This document shows positions 1 through 8,135 of a stretch of DNA of 64,000 bases, in pieces; position 1 is the stretch's first letter; each line of letters opens with the position of its first letter. The position numbers and the translations under genes are program-made. The DNA lies in the NCBI GenBank assembly GCA_964409555.1, contig CAYPDP010000002.1:6975-70974 (forward strand), in the 5' to 3' direction. The DNA comes from Candidatus Woesearchaeota archaeon. GTDB lineage: Archaea; Nanobdellota; Nanobdellia; Pacearchaeales; GW2011-AR1. The notes under the pieces are model-generated. The model was not told the DNA's origin. It worked only from the letters and a program-made list of their open reading frames with translations, and searched no databases.

Positions 1-478
1 AGAGTATTACTTCAGTATTATCATTACATTTAGTATATCTGACCATTACTGCTTTACCTATTCTTTTATTTTCTGTAATATTCTTAGGACATTTATTAAA
101 ATTAATCCAAGACCCTATTACCTCTTTGACAGAATATGCACTATTATTAATTCCCACTTTTCCTTCTTTTGGAAGACCTCCATTATAAGGTGCAATTTTA
201 TCCATTAAACCAGAAAATTGCATTATAGAAATTGGTCTATTTGGTGAACCTAATTCATCCTGAGAGAGTCTTTGTCCAGCTACTGTTGAGATAGCTGCAA
301 GTCTATCAGTCATTTGTTTTGATAACCTATAAGTAAATTGTGCTCCATTAGAATATCCTCCAGCATAAATTCTTTTTTTATCAATATTAAAAGAAGATTC
401 AACATCATTTAATAAATATCTAATGAAACCAACATCATCAACATTATTATACAATCTGGATGTTTCATAATTACCATT
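1..478 (-). pseudogene. 5'-truncated remnant of a PHB-depolymerase/LpqC-type alpha/beta esterase (paralog of 27150..28154); the 3' end runs off the left edge
   Basis: Not in the ORF track. My minus-strand translation gives NNVDDVGFIRYLLNDVESSFNIDKKRIYAGGYSNGAQFTYRL...PISIMQFSGLMDKIAPYNGG. This is colinear with NNDIEFIKNILDDLELKLNIDKKRIYLTGLSNGGILSQ...PISVILFQGLEDVCAPYEGG of the 334-aa esterase, and the G-x-S-x-G elbow is kept. The frame is closed by TAA at 479..481. There is no ATG before the elbow. The N-terminal ~130 aa (membrane anchor, HGGG) are absent. Confidence 0.55.
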
Positions 479-482
479 TTAA

Positions 483-833
483 TTATAAATCAATAACTCC
501 TTCTTTTGTTAAAGCGGCGAATCTTATTCCAACTGGCAAATTTATTAAAGCAGAAATTAAAGACATGTGTTCTTTTCCATCCCCTGAAGCAATACTCAGA
601 GCAACTTCAGTTCCATTAATTTTTCCCTTGAGCTTTTCCTTAAATTCTTCTTTTAAATCTTTTATTCTTTTGTTTAAATCTATTTTAATAAATTCAGCTT
701 TTTTCTCAGATTTAAATTGCTTTGCAAAATCATCCCCTAAAAGAATAATATTATCCCATTCACCATATTTGATAAGACCTGAGACTTGAGCCCAAGTTCC
801 TTTTCCGCTAGATAATAATGCTATTAATTCCAT
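483..833 (-). CDS. hypothetical small protein (116 aa)
   Basis: ORF track. I recognise no diagnostic motif. It occupies the position where the esterase N-terminus would be. Confidence 0.5.
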   Translation of the reverse strand: MELIALLSSGKGTWAQVSGLIKYGEWDNIILLGDDFAKQFKSEKKAEFIKIDLNKRIKDLKEEFKEKLKGKINGTEVALSIASGDGKEHMSLISALINLPVGIRFAALTKEGVIDL

Positions 834-873
834 TAATTAGAAAAATAAAGTCTGTTTATAAAAATTGTTGTGA

Positions 874-2652
874 TTATTTTCTCTTTTTATACCTATCAAT
901 ATAATATGCGCTCATAATATAACCTAAATGAGAAAATGCTTGAGGATAATTTCCAAGATATTCTCCTGTTGTGGGTTCAATTTCTTCAGATATTAATCCT
1001 TTATTGTTCAATATTTTTTCAAAATCATTAAATATTTTTTCTGCTTTATCAACTTCCCCAATTATTGAAAGTGCTGAAATCATCCAAAAAGTGCAAAGAA
1101 TAAAAGCTCCTTCTTTTCCCTTAAATTCATCATCTCTTTTATAGCGATAAACAAAAATATCTTTATATAAAATTTCTTTAAGAGTTTTTTTAATTATTTT
1201 TTTTGTAAGTAAATCTTTTTTATCTAAAAATTGTAAAAGAACAAAAAGTAAATTAGTAGAATCTTGATATTTTGAACCAGGATATTGTAATAATTTCTCG
1301 TTCTTTTTATCATAACAATTTTCCCATATCCAATCTTTTATTTCTTTCTCAGCTTTAATCAAATCTTGTTTTTTATCTTTAGGAATTTTAAGAATATCGC
1401 AAATTCTTATTGCTCGGTTTATTCCAACCCAAGCCATTACCTTGCTGTAAGTATAATTTTCAATTTTATCTCTAAATTCCCATATTCCACTATCTTTTTG
1501 TTTCCATTTATCAATTATCTGATTCATTAAATAAAAAATTATTTCTTTTTTTGACTCTAATTTTTTTGGATTATCTGATAACATAAAGTAATAAGAATCA
1601 ATTAAAACACCATAAACATCTAGTTGAAATTGGTCTTTTGCATCATTCCCAATACGAACTGGTTTTGAATTTTTATAACCTGAAAGATAATTTAAAGTTT
1701 CTTCTTTCGGTGGAATTAAGCCATTAATAGTGTAAAATAATCTAAGAGTTATTCCGCATTCCTTGCATTCTTGAGAAACACTTTCTATGAAATTGAAAAA
1801 TTTGTTTGCTTCTTCCTTATATCCTAAAATTTTAAAAGCATATAATGTAAATGTTGCGTCTCTTGTCCAAGAATACCTATAATCCCAATTTCTGTTTCCT
1901 TTTATTGACTCTGGAAGTCCGAAAGTTGGTGCAGCTATTAAAGCACCAGTTGGATAAAATTGCATAAGTTTCAAAGTTATTGCAGAACGTTTTAATCTCT
2001 CGCTGCAAAAATTAAAAAATTTTCCTTTAGAAATCCATTTATTCCAAAATTTAAGTGTTTCTTTTTCATAATCTTTATTTTTTTCTTTATTTGAATTTTT
2101 ACAATGTTCAAAAATTATTTCTTTTGTCTCTTTTTCTTTTAGTTTAATTAATATATAATAAAAATTATTTTTCTTTTCAATTTTTGAATCCTGGGGTAAA
2201 TGAAGAATTAATTTTTTATTTTTTAAATTTATAATTAAGGAATTTTCTTTAAAAATTATTTTGGGAGAAATTTTTCCATAATTTAACATTGGTTTATAAT
2301 ATAATTTAACTAAATGATTACCTGATAAAGAAGATAATTTTCTTATTAAAAAATGAGATTTTGGATTTTTAACTGATTGAGGAACCATAAAATCTTTCAC
2401 TTTAAAAGAATCTTCTGAACTATTTTTACTAAATACATTTTCGACAATTGCTGTATTTTTTATATAATTCGCTTTACAAGAATAATTTTTTTTATCAATT
2501 GAAAATTCCCCTGCTTTTTTATCAAGTATTTTTGCGAAAATAGTTGAATCGTCAAAATGAGGCGAACAAAACCAATCTATTGATCCAAATTTAGAAACTA
2601 ATGCTGAAGTATGTAAATCACCTATTAAAAAATAATCTTTTATTTCTGACAT
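874..2652 (-). CDS. glycoside hydrolase family 15 (glucoamylase/trehalase-like)
   Basis: N-terminal IGDLHTSALVSKFGSIDWFCSPHFD and catalytic-domain NWDYRYSWTRDATFTLYAF, GIWEFR and YTYSKVMAWV are typical GH15 signatures. Length is 592 aa. Confidence 0.85.
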   Translation of the reverse strand: MSEIKDYFLIGDLHTSALVSKFGSIDWFCSPHFDDSTIFAKILDKKAGEFSIDKKNYSCKANYIKNTAIVENVFSKNSSEDSFKVKDFMVPQSVKNPKSHFLIRKLSSLSGNHLVKLYYKPMLNYGKISPKIIFKENSLIINLKNKKLILHLPQDSKIEKKNNFYYILIKLKEKETKEIIFEHCKNSNKEKNKDYEKETLKFWNKWISKGKFFNFCSERLKRSAITLKLMQFYPTGALIAAPTFGLPESIKGNRNWDYRYSWTRDATFTLYAFKILGYKEEANKFFNFIESVSQECKECGITLRLFYTINGLIPPKEETLNYLSGYKNSKPVRIGNDAKDQFQLDVYGVLIDSYYFMLSDNPKKLESKKEIIFYLMNQIIDKWKQKDSGIWEFRDKIENYTYSKVMAWVGINRAIRICDILKIPKDKKQDLIKAEKEIKDWIWENCYDKKNEKLLQYPGSKYQDSTNLLFVLLQFLDKKDLLTKKIIKKTLKEILYKDIFVYRYKRDDEFKGKEGAFILCTFWMISALSIIGEVDKAEKIFNDFEKILNNKGLISEEIEPTTGEYLGNYPQAFSHLGYIMSAYYIDRYKKRK

Positions 2653-2722
2653 ATTATCTACTAATTAGTTGATTTTATAAAATGATTGAAATTAACTTAA
2701 TAAAATGTTTTAAAAGATAAAC

Positions 2723-2730
2723 TTTATAAA
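2723..2730 (+). promoter_or_regulatory. TATA-like box of the L1-P0-P1 operon
   Basis: TTTATAAA. With archaeal spacing of about 26 nt the TSS falls near 2753, leaving a leader of about 73 nt. SD GGAGGT lies at 2810..2815, 10 nt before the ATG. Confidence 0.4.
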
Positions 2731-2753
2731 CTCTTTTTATGTAAAAAAATTAC

Positions 2754-2800
2754 CGTTTGAACCATATCGTTTCAAGTCTTTAAAATTCTGACTTCGAACG
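2754..2800 (+). promoter_or_regulatory. structured 5' leader of rpl1 with two mutually exclusive hairpins (candidate L1 autoregulatory site)
   Basis: The 3' arm GACTTCGAACG (2790..2800) can pair with CGTTTCAAGTC (2768..2778; 10/11 pairs including one G-U, plus one C-C mismatch). Alternatively it pairs with CGTTTGAA (2754..2761; 8/8 including one G-U). The region is locally GC-enriched in an AT-rich genome. Confidence 0.4.
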
Positions 2801-2825
2801 CATAAGATGGGAGGTAAAATCAAAA

Positions 2826-3455
2826 ATGGCTCTTAAAGAAGATTTAAAAAAAGCATTAGTAGAATTAAGAAAAGAAAAAAAACGAAAGTTTAATCAGACA
2901 GTTGACTTAATTATAAATCTCCAAAAATTTAGTGTAAAAAAGAATTCTATAAATTTATTTACTACTCTTCATTATAAAATTAAAGACAAGAAAGTTGCTG
3001 CATTCTTAGAAATTGAAAATAAAAATATTAAAACAATAACAAAAGCAGAATTCAAAAAATATTCTAATAAGAAAATGATCAAAAAGTTAGTAAAAGAATT
3101 TGATTTTTTTATAGCTCAAGCTAGTTTAATGCCTCAAGTAGCTACTAATTTTGGTCGTGTTTTAGGACCTGCGGGAAAAATGCCTTCACCACAACTTGGA
3201 ATAATCATGAATGCTGATGATAAAACAATAAATGATTTAAAAGAAAAGATAAATTTTAATATTAAATTAAAAGCGAAAGAATCTAGTATTAAGACAGTTG
3301 TTGGAAAAGAAGATATGAAAGATGAAGAAATAATTGATAATATTCTTACAATTTATCATGATTTGTTAAAAGAACTTCCGAGAGAAAAAGAAAACATAAA
3401 AAATATTGAAGTTAAATTCACAATGACTAAACCTCAAAAAATAAGTATAAGATGA
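2826..3455 (+). CDS. rpl1: 50S ribosomal protein L1 (uL1)
   Basis: 209 aa. FNQTVDLIINL and GRVLGPAGKMPSPQ motifs. First gene of the L1-P0-P1 order. Confidence 0.93.
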   Translation: MALKEDLKKALVELRKEKKRKFNQTVDLIINLQKFSVKKNSINLFTTLHYKIKDKKVAAFLEIENKNIKTITKAEFKKYSNKKMIKKLVKEFDFFIAQASLMPQVATNFGRVLGPAGKMPSPQLGIIMNADDKTINDLKEKINFNIKLKAKESSIKTVVGKEDMKDEEIIDNILTIYHDLLKELPREKENIKNIEVKFTMTKPQKISIR

Positions 3456-4378
3456 CTTTAGAAATAAAACCACTTAAAAATAATTTTAGAACTGAAAAAA
3501 TTCCTGAACAAAAAGTTAAAAGACTACAAGAATTAACTGAATTATTAGAAAATAAAAAAACAATACTAATTGCTTCAATAAAAAATCTTCCAGCTTCACA
3601 ATTTCAAGAAATTGGAAAAATGCTTAGAAAAGTAGCAATAGTTAAAGTTCCAAAAAAAAATTTAATATATAAAGCAATAGATAATTCTAAAAAAATTTCT
3701 AAAAAAGAAGATTTAAAAGAACAAATAAAAGATAGCACTGCAATATTATTTTCAGATTTAGATAGTTTTGATCTTGCTCTTGATTTGATAAAAAATAAAA
3801 GTCCTGCTAAAGCTAAAACTGGTCAAGAAGCCCCAATGGATATTGAAATTCAGGAAGGACCTACTGATTTAGTTCCAGGACCAGCAATATCTGAACTTGG
3901 AGCTTTAGGAATTCAGATTAAAATAGAAGGCGGAAAAATAAATATTAAAAAATCCAAAATTATTGTGAAATCTGGTGAGAAAATATCTCAAGCTGCTGCA
4001 GATATAATGTCAAAACTTGATATAAAACCATTTTCAATAGGATTTATTCCTTTATCATCATTTGATACTCAAGAAAATAAATTATATTTAGAAATTAAAA
4101 TTGATAAAGAAAAAACAATTGAAGAATTAAAAACATCTTTTTCCAAAGCAATTGGATTTATGATTGATATAGAATATATTTGTAAGGATACAATTAAATT
4201 TTTAATTGGAAAGGCTGCAATTCATGAAAAGGTTTTAAAAAACTTAACTGAAAAACCTTCTGAAAATAAAGGAGAAGAAAAAGTAGAATCTGATGTTCAA
4301 GAAACTAAATCAGAAGACAAAGAAGATGAAAAAAAGGAAGATACTCAAGAAACTAAATCAAATTCGGAGGAAAACTAA
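3452..4378 (+). CDS. rpl10: 50S ribosomal stalk protein P0 (uL10)
   Basis: 308 aa. The start overlaps the rpl1 stop by 4 nt. N-terminal KVKRLQELTELLENKKTILIASIKNLPASQFQEI is typical of archaeal P0. The acidic/K-rich tail lacks the GLxxLF end. Confidence 0.9.
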   Translation: MTLEIKPLKNNFRTEKIPEQKVKRLQELTELLENKKTILIASIKNLPASQFQEIGKMLRKVAIVKVPKKNLIYKAIDNSKKISKKEDLKEQIKDSTAILFSDLDSFDLALDLIKNKSPAKAKTGQEAPMDIEIQEGPTDLVPGPAISELGALGIQIKIEGGKINIKKSKIIVKSGEKISQAAADIMSKLDIKPFSIGFIPLSSFDTQENKLYLEIKIDKEKTIEELKTSFSKAIGFMIDIEYICKDTIKFLIGKAAIHEKVLKNLTEKPSENKGEEKVESDVQETKSEDKEDEKKEDTQETKSNSEEN

Positions 4379-4380
4379 AA

Positions 4381-4671
4381 ATGGAATACACATATGCCGC
4401 ACTTTTGTTGCACAAACTTGAAAAAGAAGTTAGTGAAGAAAATGTTAAAAGTGTTGTTGTAGCTGCTGGAGGCAAAATAGATGAATCTAAAATTAAGTCT
4501 CTTGTTGCCAGTTTAAAAGGTGTTGATATAAGCAAAGAGTTAGAAAATGCTAGCTTAATGACTGCTACTCCTGCTGGAGTTGAAGCACCCAAAGAAGAGA
4601 AGAAAGAAGAAAAGCCAAAGGAAGAAAAAAAAGAAGCTGCAGCAGAAGGTCTGTCTGCATTATTTGGATAA
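4381..4671 (+). CDS. rpl12: 50S ribosomal stalk protein P1 (aL12)
   Basis: 96 aa. MEYTYAALLLH N-terminus, an EEKKEE hinge and the conserved C-terminal EGLSALFG. Confidence 0.93.
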   Translation: MEYTYAALLLHKLEKEVSEENVKSVVVAAGGKIDESKIKSLVASLKGVDISKELENASLMTATPAGVEAPKEEKKEEKPKEEKKEAAAEGLSALFG

Positions 4672-4730
4672 TTAATATTTGTTATTTAAATAGCAGACAG
4701 CCTTACACTTTAATAGTCTTGACTTTAAAA

Positions 4731-5024
4731 ATGGAAAAAAATGAAAGATTAAAAGAAATAGATGCAATTTTTTATACTAGTGATAGAATAAATATATTTG
4801 GAAGAAATAAAAGAAAAAGATATATTTTAAATTGTTCATTAAAAAATGGAGAGATAACTTCTGAAGAATGTTTTAAAGAAAAATACTCTTTCGGCTTTAC
4901 AAAAAAAGGTCGTGAAAGAATATTTTTAACAGAAGTTTATAATCTTAATAGAAAAAAATATGAATTAGAAGAAAATAATAATAAAATTATTAATAATCCT
5001 ATAAAATCTCCTAAAGATTTATAA
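4731..5024 (+). CDS. hypothetical protein (97 aa from ATG 4731; the track uses TTG 4719)
   Basis: ORF only. Basic protein with no recognisable motif. Confidence 0.4.
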   Translation: MEKNERLKEIDAIFYTSDRINIFGRNKRKRYILNCSLKNGEITSEECFKEKYSFGFTKKGRERIFLTEVYNLNRKKYELEENNNKIINNPIKSPKDL

Positions 5025-5069
5025 CCCTTTTATTTTTTTAATTATAATTCTAAATAAATTAATCTTAAA

Positions 5070-7016
5070 ATGTGGAATTTATATAAAAAAGAGGGTGAAG
5101 AATTTCTAAAACCATTAATTTTTTCTAATGGAAAATCTCAAGAAGATATTGTTAAAGAAGTGTTAGACTCTATCAAAGATGGTTGTAAAATTATTTTTAT
5201 ACAAGGTATGTGTGGAACTGGGAAGTCTGCAATAGCTCTTAATATTGCAAAAAATCTTGGTAAAACATCCATAGTTGTTCCTGGAAAAAATCTGCAAAAC
5301 CAATATAAAAAAGATTATGAAGAAAATAAATATATTCTTAAAAAAAATGGTGAAAAATTAAAAATAAGTGTAATAACTGGAAGAAATAATCACAAATGCA
5401 AATTCTTAGAGGATAACATAAATGCTATACCTGTAATAAAAAAAGAAGTTAATTCAAGATTAAATGATATTTTTGAAAATAAAAGAGATGAAATTAGAAA
5501 TATAATAAATAATGATTTATCTGCAGATAATTTCAATATTCCCTGTAAAATAGAAATAAAAGAAAAAAATTGGAATAAAATTAAAGAATATTTAAAGCAA
5601 AATAAAAAAATTAATTATGAAAATTTTTTGGATTTAAAAGATGTAAAAAGAATTTCTGTAGCAGGTGTTTGTCCTTATTGGAGTCCAGTATTACCTGAAA
5701 AATATGATTTAAAAGTTTTTGAAGATTCAAAAAAAGAATACTATCAAGGACTTAATGGCACAAAATTTGTAATTTATAAAAGAAAATCCGGATGTAAATT
5801 TTATGAACAATTTAGTTATTTTGTAAACTCAGATGTGATTGTATTTAATTCTTTAAAATATAAACTTGAATCTGCAATTAATAGAAAACCCCTTACTGAA
5901 GTTGAAATAATTGATGAGTGTGATGATTTTTTAGATAGTTTTTCAAATCAAAAAGTGATTAATATAGATAGAATTCAAAATTCATTAAACAAGATAATTA
6001 ATAAAAATGAGTCAATGGAAAGAGTAACTAGAGAAATAAATAGTATTTTGAAAGATATAAAATCTGACATGAGAATCATGGAGGCAATTTATTCAAATGA
6101 AATAATTCCTTTAAAGGAAACTTCCATTTATGATTTACTTAAAATTTTCTTAAATTCGGAAGAATTTTTGGAAAACCTTGATGAGGAAAACTATATCTTT
6201 GATATTGAAGAGACAGCAAAAATGTTTGAGGATTTTTTTGATGACTCTTATGTTACTTTTAATAAAAAGGAGAATAATTTAACAGCAAGTATTGTAACAA
6301 CTAATCTTGAAAAAAAATTTAAAGAAATGCTTAATAAAAATAAAATTCTTGTTTTAATGTCAGGAACATTACATTCAAATGAAGTTCTTAGAGATATTTT
6401 TGGTTTAAAAGATTTTAAAATAATTGAAGCAGAGACAAGACAGCAAGGAAAAATTGAAGTTCAAAAAACAGGATTTGAAATTGATTGTAAATATCAAAAT
6501 TTTATAAATAGAGTATTTTCTAGAGAAGATTATTTGAAATCATTGAGTAAATGTGTTTCTATTGCAAAAAAACCAGCTTTAGTTCATATAAATGGATTTA
6601 ATGATTTACCTACAGAAAAAGAAAAAAGAGAATTTGGAATAGATAATTTAATTAGCAGAGAAAGACTTAGAGAAATACAAATAGAGGATAAAACAGGATT
6701 TTTAATTGAAAAATTTAAAAAAGGTCAGACAAATATTCTTTTTTCTACAAGATGTGCAAGGGGAATTGATTTTCCAGGAGAAGAATGCAATAGTATTGTA
6801 TTTACAAAATATCCTAATCCTGATGTTAAAGATGTTTTTTGGAGAATTTTAAAAAAAATAAAACCTCAATTTTATTGGAATTTTTATAAAGATAAAGCAA
6901 AAAGAGAACTTTTACAAAAAATATATCGTGGATTGAGATCCAAAGAAGATCATATTTATCTGTTGTCTCCTGATTCAAGAGTTTTGAATGTCTTTGAAAA
7001 AAATTATATTAATTGA
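5070..7016 (+). CDS. XPD/Rad3(DinG)-family SF2 helicase with a putative 4Fe-4S domain
   Basis: Walker A GMCGTGKSAIA, DExD-like IIDECDDF, SGTL motif, and C-terminal FSTRCARGIDFPGEECNSIVFTKYPNP. Four Cys lie between motifs I and II (HKC, IPC, GVCPYW, SGCKFY). Confidence 0.7.
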   Translation: MWNLYKKEGEEFLKPLIFSNGKSQEDIVKEVLDSIKDGCKIIFIQGMCGTGKSAIALNIAKNLGKTSIVVPGKNLQNQYKKDYEENKYILKKNGEKLKISVITGRNNHKCKFLEDNINAIPVIKKEVNSRLNDIFENKRDEIRNIINNDLSADNFNIPCKIEIKEKNWNKIKEYLKQNKKINYENFLDLKDVKRISVAGVCPYWSPVLPEKYDLKVFEDSKKEYYQGLNGTKFVIYKRKSGCKFYEQFSYFVNSDVIVFNSLKYKLESAINRKPLTEVEIIDECDDFLDSFSNQKVINIDRIQNSLNKIINKNESMERVTREINSILKDIKSDMRIMEAIYSNEIIPLKETSIYDLLKIFLNSEEFLENLDEENYIFDIEETAKMFEDFFDDSYVTFNKKENNLTASIVTTNLEKKFKEMLNKNKILVLMSGTLHSNEVLRDIFGLKDFKIIEAETRQQGKIEVQKTGFEIDCKYQNFINRVFSREDYLKSLSKCVSIAKKPALVHINGFNDLPTEKEKREFGIDNLISRERLREIQIEDKTGFLIEKFKKGQTNILFSTRCARGIDFPGEECNSIVFTKYPNPDVKDVFWRILKKIKPQFYWNFYKDKAKRELLQKIYRGLRSKEDHIYLLSPDSRVLNVFEKNYIN

Positions 7017-7018
7017 AA

Positions 7019-7099
7019 CGCCCCCGCCCCGAATCGAACGGGGACGCCCCGAAGGGCCCGGATCTCAAGTCCGGTGCAATACCATTATGCGACGGAGGC
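7019..7099 (-). tRNA. tRNA-Ser(UGA), class II, no intron, CCA not encoded
   Basis: Manual fold of the minus strand. Acceptor GCCTCCG/CGGGGGC plus discriminator G. D arm GCAT-AATGGTA-TTGC. Anticodon arm CCGGA-CTTGAGA-TCCGG. Variable arm of 14 nt, GCCC-TTCG-GGGC-GT. T arm CCCCG-TTCGATT-CGGGG. Total 81 nt. Confidence 0.9.
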
Positions 7100-7117
7100 T
7101 TAATTTAAATTGCATTT

Positions 7118-7207
7118 GTGCAATACCATTAACTTCAAAATATTCTTAAACTTTTGTATTTTGAATGTCCCAGAAATTTATAATTTCTGAGTGCGACGGA
7201 GGCTTAA
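7118..7207 (-). repeat. interrupted second copy of tRNA-Ser nt 1-26
   Basis: 7192..7207 equals 7088..7103 (16/16, tgcgacggaggcttaa). 7118..7131 equals 7074..7087 (14/14, gtgcaataccatta). The two halves are separated by the 60-nt insert at 7132..7191. Confidence 0.9.
7132..7191 (-). repeat. double-hairpin insert, copy S (candidate miniature mobile element)
   Basis: Minus strand: CTCAGAAATTATAAATTTCTGGGACATTCAAAATACAAAAGTTTAAGAATATTTTGAAGT. Hairpins are CAGAAATT/AATTTCTG and TTCAAAATA/TATTTTGAA. It sits exactly between tRNA positions 12 and 13 of the duplicated copy. Confidence 0.75.
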
Positions 7208-7228
7208 ATATTAAATTAAAAGAAGGGT

Positions 7229-7235
7229 TTTAAAG
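7229..7235 (-). promoter_or_regulatory. TATA-like box upstream of the interrupted tRNA-Ser copy
   Basis: Minus strand AAATCTTTAAAACCCTTC closely resembles the L3-operon promoter AAAGCTTTAAAAACCCTT. The box centre lies about 27 nt from 7205, the first nucleotides of the upstream copy. Confidence 0.5.
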
Positions 7236-7272
7236 ATTTCTATTATTAAAATAAATATTACTAAAAATTAAA

Positions 7273-7539
7273 TTAAAAGAATTTTTTCCAAAATTTCTTT
7301 TTTATTTTTATAGGATTATCGTCTTTATCATAAATTTCATATTTTATTACTGGCTTTTCTTTTAACACAGGTGCTTTTTCTGCAAGATCTTTATGAACTT
7401 GTTTAATTGCTAAATCAATAGATGCCCGAGGATAACCTTGATTTATCAAAGCCCATTTCAAAGAATCCAGAGTATATCCTTTAGATAAATTTTTCTTTAT
7501 ATATCTTGCAATATTTTCTTTATATCCTTCACTTGACAT
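7273..7539 (-). CDS. hypothetical small protein (88 aa)
   Basis: ORF only. Confidence 0.45.
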   Translation of the reverse strand: MSSEGYKENIARYIKKNLSKGYTLDSLKWALINQGYPRASIDLAIKQVHKDLAEKAPVLKEKPVIKYEIYDKDDNPIKIKKKFWKKFF

Positions 7540-7592
7540 AAATCAAAAAGAAAAAAGAACTTTAAAAAGTTAGTTATATATTTCCTTTTTTA

Positions 7593-8129
7593 TTATAATC
7601 CAAAACAATCTTTATATTTTAACAAAGAAGCATATCTTATTGTCAATCTAGTTTTTCCTAAATTAGTTGATTGTCCAAAATCTCCATTTGACTTAGCATT
7701 CTGAACTACATCACATAAACCTTGAGTTTTCAAGTCAGGAGCATATTTAGAATGAACCCAAATATCAATATCTGTTTGAAAATCACCTTCTTCAACAGAA
7801 TTTGTTTTTAAAATGAAAGATTTATCCCAAAATCTACAACCTTCTGTAAAATGAAAAAATCTCAATCTTAAACTTCCAGCTTTAGGAAATTCTGAAACAA
7901 GAGCTTCTTTTTCTAAACTTGACTTTATTCCTGAAAAATCTGGTTTTAAATAAGTATCTTTAACAATTGAACAATCTTTTGAAATAGGAGGATTAATTAA
8001 AGGAGTTTTAGTTTCAATAATTTCTTTCTTAACAGAAATAATCTTTTCTGGTTTTAATAATTGATATGCAAAAACAGCTCCAATTGTTAAAAATATTATA
8101 AATACAATCATTATTATTTTATGTTTCAT
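7593..8129 (-). CDS. hypothetical exported/membrane-anchored protein (178 aa)
   Basis: N-terminal hydrophobic segment IIMIVFIIFLTIGAVFAY and four Cys in the remainder. Confidence 0.5.
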   Translation of the reverse strand: MKHKIIMIVFIIFLTIGAVFAYQLLKPEKIISVKKEIIETKTPLINPPISKDCSIVKDTYLKPDFSGIKSSLEKEALVSEFPKAGSLRLRFFHFTEGCRFWDKSFILKTNSVEEGDFQTDIDIWVHSKYAPDLKTQGLCDVVQNAKSNGDFGQSTNLGKTRLTIRYASLLKYKDCFGL

Positions 8130-8135
8130 TTTTTA

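Noticed and set aside
2807-2836. Nine-codon uORF (ATGGGAGGTAAAATC...) overlapping the rpl1 SD
   Set aside because: Its ATG is part of the SD context GATGGGAGGT, and I have no evidence that it is used. It is noted only as something to keep in mind when testing the leader.
7132-7191. C/D-box sRNA or canonical tRNA intron identity for the 55-60 nt inserts
   Set aside because: I found no RUGAUGA/CUGA box pair on either strand in any copy. The copies occur in both orientations relative to the tRNA strand and at non-37/38 positions, including a non-tRNA flank. This does not fit a spliced intron. A BHB fold was not computed.
7100-7207. A possible second tRNA or split-tRNA half upstream of tRNA-Ser
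   Set aside because: After removing the insert in silico, the copy has an acceptor 5' strand and a D arm only. The following sequence (AAATGCAATTTAAATT) gives no anticodon arm, variable arm or T arm, and there is no complementary 3' half nearby.
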